DNA of 38,938 nt from a virus. The DNA is taken from the IMG/VR virus record IMGVR_UViG_3300022542_000148, one strand, 5' to 3'. Shown one piece after another: positions 1 through 8,811 of the stretch (positions within the stretch are counted from its first letter, which is position 1; the number at the start of each line of letters is the position of its first letter). A program made the translations under genes and the position numbers. The notes under the pieces were generated by a model. That model was given only the letters and a program-made list of their open reading frames with translations. It was not told where the DNA came from and did not search any database.

Positions 1-141
1 GATTCGTCTACGCAACGATTTCATACCTCCAGATGCTACGTTGGATTCTAATGGTGAGGAATTGGCGGCGCAGTGGGAGGACGCGGGAACTCCGCCCAAC
101 AAAGTGGGGTGGACTAGTGGGGTGGAATGGTTCACCGGCAA
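1..141. repeat. Terminal overlap copy 1 (identical to 38798-38938); marks circular closure or terminal redundancy of a 38,797-bp genome
   Basis: Base-by-base identity of the first 141 and last 141 bases of the window. Confidence 0.95.
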
Positions 142-682
142 TGAAAGTTTTGCTACTTTCTATCCTACGACTACGGAATTAATAGACGCCAAGATTGCGT
201 CATTCCTAGACGCTGCGGCCGGCTCAGTTACTGGGCAATATTGGGTAACTGGAAATTACACTGATGGTGGGCTTTACCACGTAGATTTTTCTGGGGACCC
301 CTCGCTTACGGAGTTTGCTACCAGCTCGCGAGCATGTACTCCAGGAAGCGGCACGAGCTGCCCAATCTCCGCACCTACGGAAACCCAATGGCCAGTCGAT
401 GATAAGTATGTACTTAAGTTGGATGGGGGACAATTTGTATCTAGTGAATTTGATACTGAGGTCCCAACCAACTTAAAGAATGCATCCTCTAAGGTGAACT
501 TCTGTTTTGGTGCCGGAGGAAGTCGTACAGGGACAATTGAGACTACTAAGGATAATGGGCATATGATATATGAAACTAGTGGAGGAGCTCCCACCGGAAT
601 CATAAGAGCTTACGACTCCAGTGGTAACCTTGTAGCAGCCTTCGACAATCAGTCAGGCTGGATTGATTCGTATAGACCGTGA
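2..682 (+). CDS. Tail fibre-like virion protein, C-terminal part of a gene that starts at 38364 and reads across the junction (371 aa in total)
   Basis: Frame of ATG 38364 maps onto frame 2 after subtracting 38,797; no stop until TGA 680-682; last gene of the tail module. Confidence 0.7.
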   Translation: MRLRNDFIPPDATLDSNGEELAAQWEDAGTPPNKVGWTSGVEWFTGNESFATFYPTTTELIDAKIASFLDAAAGSVTGQYWVTGNYTDGGLYHVDFSGDPSLTEFATSSRACTPGSGTSCPISAPTETQWPVDDKYVLKLDGGQFVSSEFDTEVPTNLKNASSKVNFCFGAGGSRTGTIETTKDNGHMIYETSGGAPTGIIRAYDSSGNLVAAFDNQSGWIDSYRP

Positions 683-2287
683 TTAGATTCTATACTGACC
701 TCCGAGGATATGTATAAGAGTACGTCCACCGTTTGGGTAGATGATACAATGGCTATGCAAATGAGACGAATACCCTTGGGTATACGACTGATTTTTATAC
801 GCTGTCTTACCTACTTGGTAGATGTGCTTATGTATCCCGGGAGTGTGTGAGTGGCCAATGACCATAGGACTGTTAGTACGTGACAGAGCTGTAATACTCC
901 CCCTCGAACCGTTAGGCCCCTTGTCTCCGTGTTGGCTCAACTCGATGCCGCTCACCGTATGAGATTCATTCCTACTTAGGAACTCTACATCTGCCGCGGA
1001 GTCGCCTCCTACCAGCTCAAGTGCCATACGCAGCACATTATCATTCGATAAAGTCAATTGCTGCTCATCTAATACAACCTCTTCCATTATCTTCTTCATA
1101 AGGCATATATAGAAGTAGGCGTTATCTGCCTCCATATATTTAAAATTACATTCGTTAATCCATTTAGTTATATGGTCGTGGTGATTACTATCTACTATCT
1201 TTACTGATGCCCTATCTGTTAAGTCTAGGATGAATTGCGCCACCTGTTTTATAGCTGCACTAACAATGTCCTTACCGTGTTTATTCAACATATACTTCAT
1301 AATGACATTCTTACGGTTGTGATGATTCTGACCTATGAAATCCAGCACATCCTCTAAATAATGGCAGTCCACGTTACACCTATCCGACAACTCCTTTGAA
1401 ACTCTAACCACAACTTTATCAGCCACTTCGGCATGAACATCTCCCCAAACCATCTTAGATGTTCCATAATCTGAGATATCCATCACATCGGTGTGGGTAT
1501 AAACTTTATCCAAGTCGCATACCACGCCCCTCTTATATTCCAACTGACGTAAATGAAATATGTCTCCTGACAACTCCACAACCAATGCGCACCGAGTTGC
1601 AAACCCTTTAGCCTTACCTCCAGCATTAGTCTTACTAAAGTTATCTAATTTACACGCCGTACCCGTAGTCTGCATGATGTGGGGAATCTTATCTTGACTC
1701 TCCGGTATAACCTTCATCATGAGGTGGGAGTTGGAGTATATAGCTGAGTACTTACCTCCGATAGATTCTAATCCACTCAAAGGATTGATGGCTGTGACGC
1801 TGATGCGATGCTCGGGCATTAGTTTTAAGTGGGGCCCTAGGTTCATATTCTTGGTAACATACTTCCCAGGGAAGTTATCATCCCACCAATATTCCTTCTC
1901 TATCCTATTGCTTTCTGTGATGTTAGTAGGGTTACGGTAGTACATAGGCAACGCGAGTATCTCTGCTTTGTTGTGCTTCGCGTACTGCACCAAACACTTC
2001 ATCAATCCTTGGTCGATGTAGGTATTGTTCTGCACTCCTATGATTACATACTTCTTTTGATTCTTCTTAAACTTAGATACCGTATTCTCTTTAGGAGCCT
2101 CTAGATAAGCTGAAGCCATCTCTTCTTCTACTACCTTCTGTAGATTAGACTTAGTCTTAAAATTCTGTCTGACCACCTCACGAGTGATACCATTCTCGTG
2201 CAAGTCACTAAGCGTGGGAAACCTAGCTTTCAATTTATAGAACTCTTTGCAGAAATTTATTATCTCATTATGAATTGATTTACTCAT
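683..2287 (-). CDS. Metallophosphoesterase-domain protein (calcineurin-like phosphoesterase/nuclease fold in the C-terminal half; N-terminal ~270 aa unassigned)
   Basis: 534-aa ORF; ordered motifs WGDVHAE, GQNHHN, SNHHDH, GHSHTPG; last gene of the leftward operon. Confidence 0.6.
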   Translation of the reverse strand: MSKSIHNEIINFCKEFYKLKARFPTLSDLHENGITREVVRQNFKTKSNLQKVVEEEMASAYLEAPKENTVSKFKKNQKKYVIIGVQNNTYIDQGLMKCLVQYAKHNKAEILALPMYYRNPTNITESNRIEKEYWWDDNFPGKYVTKNMNLGPHLKLMPEHRISVTAINPLSGLESIGGKYSAIYSNSHLMMKVIPESQDKIPHIMQTTGTACKLDNFSKTNAGGKAKGFATRCALVVELSGDIFHLRQLEYKRGVVCDLDKVYTHTDVMDISDYGTSKMVWGDVHAEVADKVVVRVSKELSDRCNVDCHYLEDVLDFIGQNHHNRKNVIMKYMLNKHGKDIVSAAIKQVAQFILDLTDRASVKIVDSNHHDHITKWINECNFKYMEADNAYFYICLMKKIMEEVVLDEQQLTLSNDNVLRMALELVGGDSAADVEFLSRNESHTVSGIELSQHGDKGPNGSRGSITALSRTNSPMVIGHSHTPGIHKHIYQVGKTAYKNQSYTQGYSSHLHSHCIIYPNGGRTLIHILGGQYRI

Positions 2288-2450
2288 CGTCGTCTCCTGT
2301 AGGCTCGTCAGCGTAGGCTAAAAATGCTTGTATACTTGCACCTCTGAATTCCAGATTAACATAATAACCTGCGGGGTCGTGTGGAGTACCTTGACTCCAA
2401 ATTAGTCGGGAAACTTTCACCTCATCTGGCGAACACTCCTTCCACTTCAT
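2280..2450 (-). CDS. Hypothetical small protein (56 aa)
   Basis: ORF below the 60-aa track cut-off fills the 2288-2455 gap; its TAA overlaps the ATG of 683..2287 (GATGAGTAA); weak SD. Confidence 0.45.
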   Translation of the reverse strand: MKWKECSPDEVKVSRLIWSQGTPHDPAGYYVNLEFRGASIQAFLAYADEPTGDDDE

Positions 2451-2455
2451 AGTCA

Positions 2456-2713
2456 TTACTCATCCTCCTTAAGTTCGTTTAATAATACATTTACTGCTAC
2501 TCCAACCTGGTCCTTAACTAGATCTGGGTGCTCTTTATAGAATCTTATAGGCACGTATCTCAAACCGAGTATAATTTCTACCCGGCAAAATGGGCGCGCC
2601 ATGAAACCTACGACGTACTCAATTGTAAAATTAAACTCTGATGGTATAGTGTCCGCCACAACAGTTTCTATTTCCGCTACAACAGCTTCTCTTTCCGCTT
2701 TAGTTAACATCAT
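2456..2713 (-). CDS. Hypothetical protein (85 aa)
   Basis: ATGA start/stop overlap with the upstream gene; operon context. Confidence 0.7.
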   Translation of the reverse strand: MMLTKAEREAVVAEIETVVADTIPSEFNFTIEYVVGFMARPFCRVEIILGLRYVPIRFYKEHPDLVKDQVGVAVNVLLNELKEDE

Positions 2714-2988
2714 TTGTTATCCTTTGGTTTGCGGAAGTGTAGGCAATTATAAACATCGTCCTCATCCCTCTCATCAAGTATATACTTAGAATATTCATCC
2801 CCATACCGTACTGCGTCATCAATGATGTCATACACTTCTTGTCGAAATAGCTCTTCCATCTTAGCAGGGTTATCTTGTACTATCTCGAGGTATATAGCGG
2901 ACCAGTATTTAAAGTCGTGATCATATACCCACTCTACCAGAGCGTGCTCTTCCATCTTACGGGGCGGTGTCTTAATATTCATTAGCAT
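2710..2988 (-). CDS. Hypothetical acidic protein (92 aa)
   Basis: AAGGAG upstream; overlaps neighbours in the operon. Confidence 0.7.
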   Translation of the reverse strand: MLMNIKTPPRKMEEHALVEWVYDHDFKYWSAIYLEIVQDNPAKMEELFRQEVYDIIDDAVRYGDEYSKYILDERDEDDVYNCLHFRKPKDNK

Positions 2989-3226
2989 TAATCTCCTTAA
3001 ACGCCTCTATTTGTTCTAAAAACCACCAAAATTTACTATCTCCTTCGATTGCTCTAGTAAAATAAAGTATCTGCATTTCCAAGTTTAGGTCGTAAAATTG
3101 ATTGCCTATCTCATCTAAAACGTCTGCTTGCCAAGAATCACAATTACCAATAAAGTAATCTGCAAATTCTTTTGGGGTAATGTCGTTAATTACAAGGTCC
3201 TCCTGAGTTCTTTTAATCGGCTTCAT
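2972..3226 (-). CDS. Hypothetical protein (84 aa)
   Basis: AGGAGG upstream; ATGA overlap with 3223..3657. Confidence 0.7.
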   Translation of the reverse strand: MKPIKRTQEDLVINDITPKEFADYFIGNCDSWQADVLDEIGNQFYDLNLEMQILYFTRAIEGDSKFWWFLEQIEAFKEINANEY

Positions 3227-3657
3227 CGTTTCCTCCTACTCATCAGTTCAGTAATAAAAGTGTTAGCTATCTTACCTAAGTTAATCTGCTTAGCTATCTT
3301 ATCTATCGTTCGGGCAGGGTAACCTACCAGGACAATGGTATTCATCACATCAAACATACCAGCTATGACGGGAGGCATAGGGCCTAATAGCGCCTGTGGT
3401 ACATACCCAAAGGCGAAGGCTATAAAGAACATGGTGTAGATGAACGGTATCAGAGGTCTGTACGTACGAGTTAACCAGGACTCTGATTGAGTTTCAGCTA
3501 TGGCCATCTGGAAGGCTGCCACTCCTGCCTTCGCATCCTCACTCTTTATCTGGCTAGCTAACTTAATACCGTCCTGTAGAAGGTCCGCCTTCCTGTTCTT
3601 GAGACCGAAGATGCCACCTGTTATAACATTTAACAATCCTATCGCTGCTCCCCACAT
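3223..3657 (-). CDS. Membrane protein, 3-TM holin-like (pattern reminiscent of the GTA-type 3TM holin family)
   Basis: 144 aa; glycine-rich hydrophobic N-terminal segment, amphipathic linker (AAFQMAIAETQSESW), two further hydrophobic helices, basic C-terminus RRKR. Confidence 0.45.
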   Translation of the reverse strand: MWGAAIGLLNVITGGIFGLKNRKADLLQDGIKLASQIKSEDAKAGVAAFQMAIAETQSESWLTRTYRPLIPFIYTMFFIAFAFGYVPQALLGPMPPVIAGMFDVMNTIVLVGYPARTIDKIAKQINLGKIANTFITELMSRRKR

Positions 3658-3659
3658 AA

Positions 3660-3980
3660 TTATTCTCCCCCATGTCGGCGAAGTAATTTAGCTCTATTGC
3701 AAGCAATGACACGCTTCAACGAGATACCGTTATGGTTTGCTAATCTAGTAAGATACCAAAGCACGTCCCCAAGTTCATTAATTAACTCCACATTGTTAAT
3801 AAATACATCAACTTTTTTATCCTTGCGTATAGCCTTTTGTAATAACTCTAACACTTCTCCTGTCTCGGCTGCAAGCCCTGTGGCGTAATGCATTAAACAT
3901 ACAGCATCGGTGCACGGAGAGTTATATGTCTCATCTACACTCAGACAAAATTCTTCATACTCTATCAATATATCACTCAT
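3660..3980 (-). CDS. mazG: MazG-like nucleoside triphosphate pyrophosphohydrolase
   Basis: 106 aa all-alpha NTP-PPase pattern: LAAETGEVLE ... ELGDVLWYL ... NRAKLLRR. Confidence 0.8.
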   Translation of the reverse strand: MSDILIEYEEFCLSVDETYNSPCTDAVCLMHYATGLAAETGEVLELLQKAIRKDKKVDVFINNVELINELGDVLWYLTRLANHNGISLKRVIACNRAKLLRRHGGE

Positions 3981-4809
3981 CTTTGTTCTCCCGTATGTCG
4001 TCAGTTATATAATCAAACTTCCTATCTATCGGATGCACCCAGAGCTCCCCTTGTTCCCTACGTAACCACAGCAGTTGTCCTATCTCAAGGATGCGGTCTA
4101 TGCCGTGCTTACTTATTTGGCCCCACTCCTTGTAGATACCGTACACATGCTGCCACATACTCAATTCATCGGTTAGCTCAGATAAATCTTTAATTAATTT
4201 TGATTTATATCTACTGTACCTAAACTTGTATGCAGCCTCCCCATCCTCATCTATAAGCAGTTGGTGATACAGCCCTGGGATGTTATCCACACTATCCCCA
4301 GTGACCAGCTGTACATAGAAGTTTCTAAGTGCTTGATATCTATCAACCTCATAACTCTTTCCTGTTCTGTAATTGTAGTGCACTCCTGCTAACATGTCAA
4401 GGTCTTTATCTATATGGCAGATAACAAAGTCATCGAAGTTATCGAACTCATATGAACGGATACCTACTACATCCTCAGCCTCCTGGCCCACACACAATAC
4501 CGCTCCCCGTTGCTTTACTAAGTACGCACGTAGCTCCCTATAGAACTGTGGACGGTTTGATGTCTCCCTGTTGCCTTTGTAAGGCTTCATCGTAGCTATA
4601 GAATCTCTGTAGTTGGTGTCCGTACCCAAATACAATTCTAACATTGAACATTCTGCACCATCAAGAATGTTATCTACGGATTGCCTCAACAATTTGACAG
4701 CGAATACTCTGTCCTCTTCTAGCTTATCTGTCTGGTAGCCTATAGAGTAGATAAGACTATCAGCATCCACCAAAGCAACCCTCTCTGTTATACTGTGCTG
4801 CTCTTTCAT
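3973..4809 (-). CDS. 5'-3' exonuclease / flap endonuclease (FEN, PIN + H3TH)
   Basis: Motifs VDADSLIY, YKGNRE, GQEAEDVVG, HIDKDLDML, GDSVDNIPG. Confidence 0.85.
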   Translation of the reverse strand: MKEQHSITERVALVDADSLIYSIGYQTDKLEEDRVFAVKLLRQSVDNILDGAECSMLELYLGTDTNYRDSIATMKPYKGNRETSNRPQFYRELRAYLVKQRGAVLCVGQEAEDVVGIRSYEFDNFDDFVICHIDKDLDMLAGVHYNYRTGKSYEVDRYQALRNFYVQLVTGDSVDNIPGLYHQLLIDEDGEAAYKFRYSRYKSKLIKDLSELTDELSMWQHVYGIYKEWGQISKHGIDRILEIGQLLWLRREQGELWVHPIDRKFDYITDDIRENKDE

Positions 4810-5984
4810 TCGTCTTCTCCTATAGTTAATAGTAGTTTCTTCGTTATCATCAACGGTCTATCTAATTCGTTTGAGGGTAGATGAAAGAGTAGGGGTCGTA
4901 GGGATTGTTGGCATACACTCTTCAACCCTCGCGCACCAAGCTTAAGTTCTAGAGCTTGATCTACAATATGGTTTACAGCATCCTCGGTGAAGTATGCCTC
5001 CACTCCATATGATTTGAACTCATTCACTACTTGGGACATGATACAACGTTCCGGAAGAGTGAAGATTTTATAGATCATATCTCTATCTAAGTTTTTTAGT
5101 ACGGCGATGATGGGGAGCCGACCCATTAACTCGGGTATCATACCGTTCGCTGTAAAATCAGATATGGAAGCCTTGTTCAATAGATTAGATTTCTCAGCCT
5201 TAGATAAGAGTGGGGCAGAGAATCCAATACTCTTACCGTCCAAGCGTTTAGAGATGATTTGGTCCAGTCCCGAGAAAGCTCCGCCAAAGATAAACAACAT
5301 GTTGGATGTGTCCACGGTGCCACAATATGTGACACTCTTTATGGTACACTCTGTACCTTCCACTAGTTTTAGGAAGGCTTCTTGTACGCTGCGCCCATTA
5401 ACATCTTTACCATTACTATTACTGGTACGTATCTTATCTGCCTCATCTACATATATGATTCCGTACTCAGCTATTTTCTTAATTAAGTCCGACTTATCGT
5501 AACGACTCATGTAGAGGGTATCGTAATTTTTTTCGACCAACGTACGAGCATTTTCAAATAAATCAATGATGCATTCATCTACATCCCTGCCCACATACCC
5601 AGCAGAGGTGAAGCCGGTGGCATCTTGTATAGTCACAGGCAAAGACACAGCCTCTGCCAACGCCTTGATGAGATGTGTTTTACCACAACCTGTGTTGCCT
5701 ACTAACAGTATGTTATTCTTTTCAAAATAATAATCATCATCTCTTTCGAGTTCTTTATTCTTCATAGACAATAATCTATTCCACGCTGCGATAGCTACTA
5801 ACTCCTTAGCTTTGTCCTGTCCGATCACCGTCCTATTTAATTCCTCCACTATTTGCTTGGGGGTCATCAACTCCACCTCAAAAACATCCTCTCCCGGCGG
5901 ACCTTCTCCCGAACCGTAATTATTCTCGTATTCTTGTATGATAGTTGCCCATGCATTTACATCATTAGCTTTTCTTCTGGACAT
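4806..5984 (-). CDS. clpX: ClpX-like AAA+ unfoldase without an N-terminal zinc-binding domain
   Basis: Collinear with ClpX by eye: VIGQDKAK, Walker A GNTGCGKT, pore loop GYVG, Walker B IIYVDEADK, IGF loop (KSIGFSA), GMIPELMGRLP, GARGLKS; no Cys in the first 44 aa. Confidence 0.85.
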   Translation of the reverse strand: MSRRKANDVNAWATIIQEYENNYGSGEGPPGEDVFEVELMTPKQIVEELNRTVIGQDKAKELVAIAAWNRLLSMKNKELERDDDYYFEKNNILLVGNTGCGKTHLIKALAEAVSLPVTIQDATGFTSAGYVGRDVDECIIDLFENARTLVEKNYDTLYMSRYDKSDLIKKIAEYGIIYVDEADKIRTSNSNGKDVNGRSVQEAFLKLVEGTECTIKSVTYCGTVDTSNMLFIFGGAFSGLDQIISKRLDGKSIGFSAPLLSKAEKSNLLNKASISDFTANGMIPELMGRLPIIAVLKNLDRDMIYKIFTLPERCIMSQVVNEFKSYGVEAYFTEDAVNHIVDQALELKLGARGLKSVCQQSLRPLLFHLPSNELDRPLMITKKLLLTIGEDE

Positions 5985-5998
5985 AGTAATCTCCTAAA

Positions 5999-6415
5999 TT
6001 ATGGTTTGATTATTAAGGGAAGGTTGGCATACTCTTCTCCGCAAATAGATTTAGCAAAATTATTCAATGCTTCTAGAGGCAACTTCACTCGTTCATCTGC
6101 CGCTAAACCCGCAGCCTCAGCGTCCCTTAATACAGATAGTCCGCTAATGATATGAGCTATATGATATCTTCCGCTATCCCTAGCATAGTCCTCGCCTGCG
6201 AGATACAATAATAAATGTCTTTGTGCAGCGTTAACATAAACTAAGTTATCTAGTGGCTCGTCTACCGAGAGCCAATTAAACTTTCCATACTTAGGTACAC
6301 CGTCGATCATCCCATCTGACAAATCGACCCAAGCGGTTAATGGGATATGATCGAACCTCATCTTAACGCTTCCCGCTGCTGCTTTGGGGTCAGTGACTTT
6401 CTTTTTATTTGGCAT
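5999..6415 (-). CDS. DUF5664-like protein (family remembered as the dATP/dGTP diphosphohydrolase N-terminal domain)
   Basis: 138 aa; pattern K.RFDHIP ... PKYGKFNW ... AAQRHLLLYLAGEDYARDSGRYHIAHI. Confidence 0.45.
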   Translation of the reverse strand: MPNKKKVTDPKAAAGSVKMRFDHIPLTAWVDLSDGMIDGVPKYGKFNWLSVDEPLDNLVYVNAAQRHLLLYLAGEDYARDSGRYHIAHIISGLSVLRDAEAAGLAADERVKLPLEALNNFAKSICGEEYANLPLIIKP

Positions 6416-6701
6416 AATCTTTACCCTCCAACATTTCAGTTAACTTTTTAACGTGCACCTTATTGAACACTCGCCGCCAGACATAACTTCTAGCCATGCT
6501 TACAAACGTGAGTACCACAGTCATAAATAGATTACTTCCTGCTCCCACATTCCACTCAAACCCTGTCCAGATATACATACGTATCTCAGGAGCGCAGTAA
6601 GAAGCTAACTGAGATAATGTGAATGCTATAAACATCCCGCTACCTATATTAACTACGGCCTCCAGTCCTGCGTGTTTCTTAGATTGCCCTAAATGTTTCA
6701 T
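6405..6701 (-). CDS. Small membrane protein (98 aa)
   Basis: Start moved to ATG 6701 (TGATG overlap with the polymerase stop; GGGAGG ~10 nt upstream); hydrophobic helices. Confidence 0.7.
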   Translation of the reverse strand: MKHLGQSKKHAGLEAVVNIGSGMFIAFTLSQLASYCAPEIRMYIWTGFEWNVGAGSNLFMTVVLTFVSMARSYVWRRVFNKVHVKKLTEMLEGKDYAK

Positions 6702-8800
6702 CACTTTGCCTCCCGCCAATTAACCCCATGACCACTATCAACTTTGATTGGAGCGTTGAATTTTAAACCGAACAAGGTCTTAAAGGATGTTTCTACATCT
6801 TCTAATATCCTTTTGACCTCCGCTGTAATCTCTTCTACGTATTCGTTCTTAACATCTAATACGTTACTATCATGAATTTCGTTAACCATCAACCCTTTAT
6901 CTCTTTGGTTTAACATGTAACGGAAGACTCTACCTGTCTGCATGGATACGATGTCAGCCGCTGTCCCTTGGATAGGGTAGTTCATGATATTAGGTCCAGG
7001 CCAATATTCAAACACGCCTCTCTTAGTTTGTACAGCCTTCTTGTAGAATGTGTACCGCTTACCTGTGAGTGTTTGGTACTTACCCGTAATCTGTTTCATT
7101 TTATAGTTCGTCTCATATACACCGTTAACTCTGACATCCAAAGGTCTATCCGTATACTCGTGATTAGAATCTAAATAATCAGTCATGCCATCATAGTAGG
7201 CATTGATCTCTGGGTAGCGTTCACTCTCTTTGTCGAAGATGCCTGTGACGGTAGCTTCAGGTAACCCTACCTCGTTTGCGATCTTACTTGGGTGAGCGCC
7301 GTACGCCTTCTGGAAAGATATAATCTTAGCTGCTTTACGTTTTAACTTCCAGTCTGCGTCTGTTTGGCAGAGGTCATACACTTCCTCATACGGCCTGTCT
7401 TCTGCATAACTGAGACGTAGACAATGGAAGTCTACACCATCCTCTATGTCCTGTAACATCTGCGGGCATTGTGTGATATATGCCTGCACCACAATCTCTA
7501 GCTGGCTGAAATCTAATTCTACAATGCTACCCTTTGGGCCGTACCTAGACTCAAACAACTCCGTCACAAATGGCGGTACGTTTTGCAGGTTAGGGTTGCG
7601 GCTAGATAATCTCCCAGTCTCAGTATAAGTTGTTTCATATTCTGAGTGTAAACAGTCATCTATATGTGCTAATGGAACCAGTCCAGATTCTCCATCTGGT
7701 TTTCGTTTATATAAATACGTGGAAAGTATTTTAGCGTGCGTCCTATATTTTAACAAGAGATTAATTACGTCAGGAGTTAAATCGTTTGTTGCTATTTCTT
7801 TTAATGCTAGTAAAACATCTTCTCCAGTCCCGCGACCACCTTTATCTGTCGTCCACTCATTACGAAAAGGTTCGTTTAGACCTGGGATTAACACTTCCAC
7901 TACTTCATTGCGTGTTCGCAGTTCGCCCTCACGGGGCCCACTCTTAAATCTAACTTGTTGGCCATCCTTCCCTAGAAGGGGAGCCTTCTGTTTAACTTTG
8001 AGAGAGCCTCCAAAGAATAAATTACCCATATGCCTGTAGCTCTTTATATTAAAGTCTACCATCTGCTGAGGCCAGAGTTCGTTGTCTACCAGTAACGACA
8101 CTAAGTCCCTACTAAGTTTTTCTAACTTCCTCTCCAGCTTCGCAGCATACACCTTAGCCTTCTCTTTATTGAAGTACATCCCATTAAATTCCATCTCAGT
8201 CACAGCCAATAGATGCTCGTTGTACGTAGTGATGATAGGAATCATGCCTAGTTTCGTAGCCTTCTTTATCTGCGCCACTAGGACTATCTCTGTATTGATT
8301 ACATCATATACTGCGTACTCTATTAATTGATCTTTCGGGATATCTAAAACTGTGCCGCCGTTAGACCACACATCTTTAACTTCTTCATCCTTAAGAGTAC
8401 CACCATACTTAACAGACAAAGCATCCAAGCTCAGGCTATCAGCGCCCCGTCCGCCATGTACGACTCCTTGTTGTCCTCTAAGAAGGTACTCGGCTTGTAG
8501 GGTACACCAGATGCGTCCCCCACACCTCAACCAATCCTGTAGTATCTTACTTGGCCACAGATAGAGTAGATCGAACTTCGCATTGTGAGCAATGATCACA
8601 TCTACAGTACTGAGGTCTATGTTCTTAAAGGCGTCGTCAGGTGAGATACCATCGTAGTTGTAATCGACTTGGGCCTCTTGTCCTTTGAACTTATACGCCA
8701 CAGCCACTATGTAGTGCTCAGGGTCGAGTGGGTTACAGAACCTCTTATAAGTCTTATGTCCGTATGTTTCTAAATCGATTACAACGTAATTGGTGCTCAT
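6701..8800 (-). CDS. Family A DNA polymerase with 3'-5' exonuclease domain
   Basis: Exo motifs VIDLETYG, IAHNAKFDL, YAVYDV; pol motif A DFSQLEIVV, motif B RKAAKIISFQKAYG, motif C EIHDS; AGGAGG SD. Confidence 0.95.
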   Translation of the reverse strand: MSTNYVVIDLETYGHKTYKRFCNPLDPEHYIVAVAYKFKGQEAQVDYNYDGISPDDAFKNIDLSTVDVIIAHNAKFDLLYLWPSKILQDWLRCGGRIWCTLQAEYLLRGQQGVVHGGRGADSLSLDALSVKYGGTLKDEEVKDVWSNGGTVLDIPKDQLIEYAVYDVINTEIVLVAQIKKATKLGMIPIITTYNEHLLAVTEMEFNGMYFNKEKAKVYAAKLERKLEKLSRDLVSLLVDNELWPQQMVDFNIKSYRHMGNLFFGGSLKVKQKAPLLGKDGQQVRFKSGPREGELRTRNEVVEVLIPGLNEPFRNEWTTDKGGRGTGEDVLLALKEIATNDLTPDVINLLLKYRTHAKILSTYLYKRKPDGESGLVPLAHIDDCLHSEYETTYTETGRLSSRNPNLQNVPPFVTELFESRYGPKGSIVELDFSQLEIVVQAYITQCPQMLQDIEDGVDFHCLRLSYAEDRPYEEVYDLCQTDADWKLKRKAAKIISFQKAYGAHPSKIANEVGLPEATVTGIFDKESERYPEINAYYDGMTDYLDSNHEYTDRPLDVRVNGVYETNYKMKQITGKYQTLTGKRYTFYKKAVQTKRGVFEYWPGPNIMNYPIQGTAADIVSMQTGRVFRYMLNQRDKGLMVNEIHDSNVLDVKNEYVEEITAEVKRILEDVETSFKTLFGLKFNAPIKVDSGHGVNWREAK

Positions 8801-8811
8801 CTTAAATCCTC

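Noticed and set aside
670-695. Hairpin GTATAGA/TCTATAC spanning the two abutting convergent stop codons, as a bidirectional terminator
   Set aside because: The stem is only 7 bp and AU-rich with a 12-nt loop, and there is no U tract on either strand. This is too weak to call a terminator.
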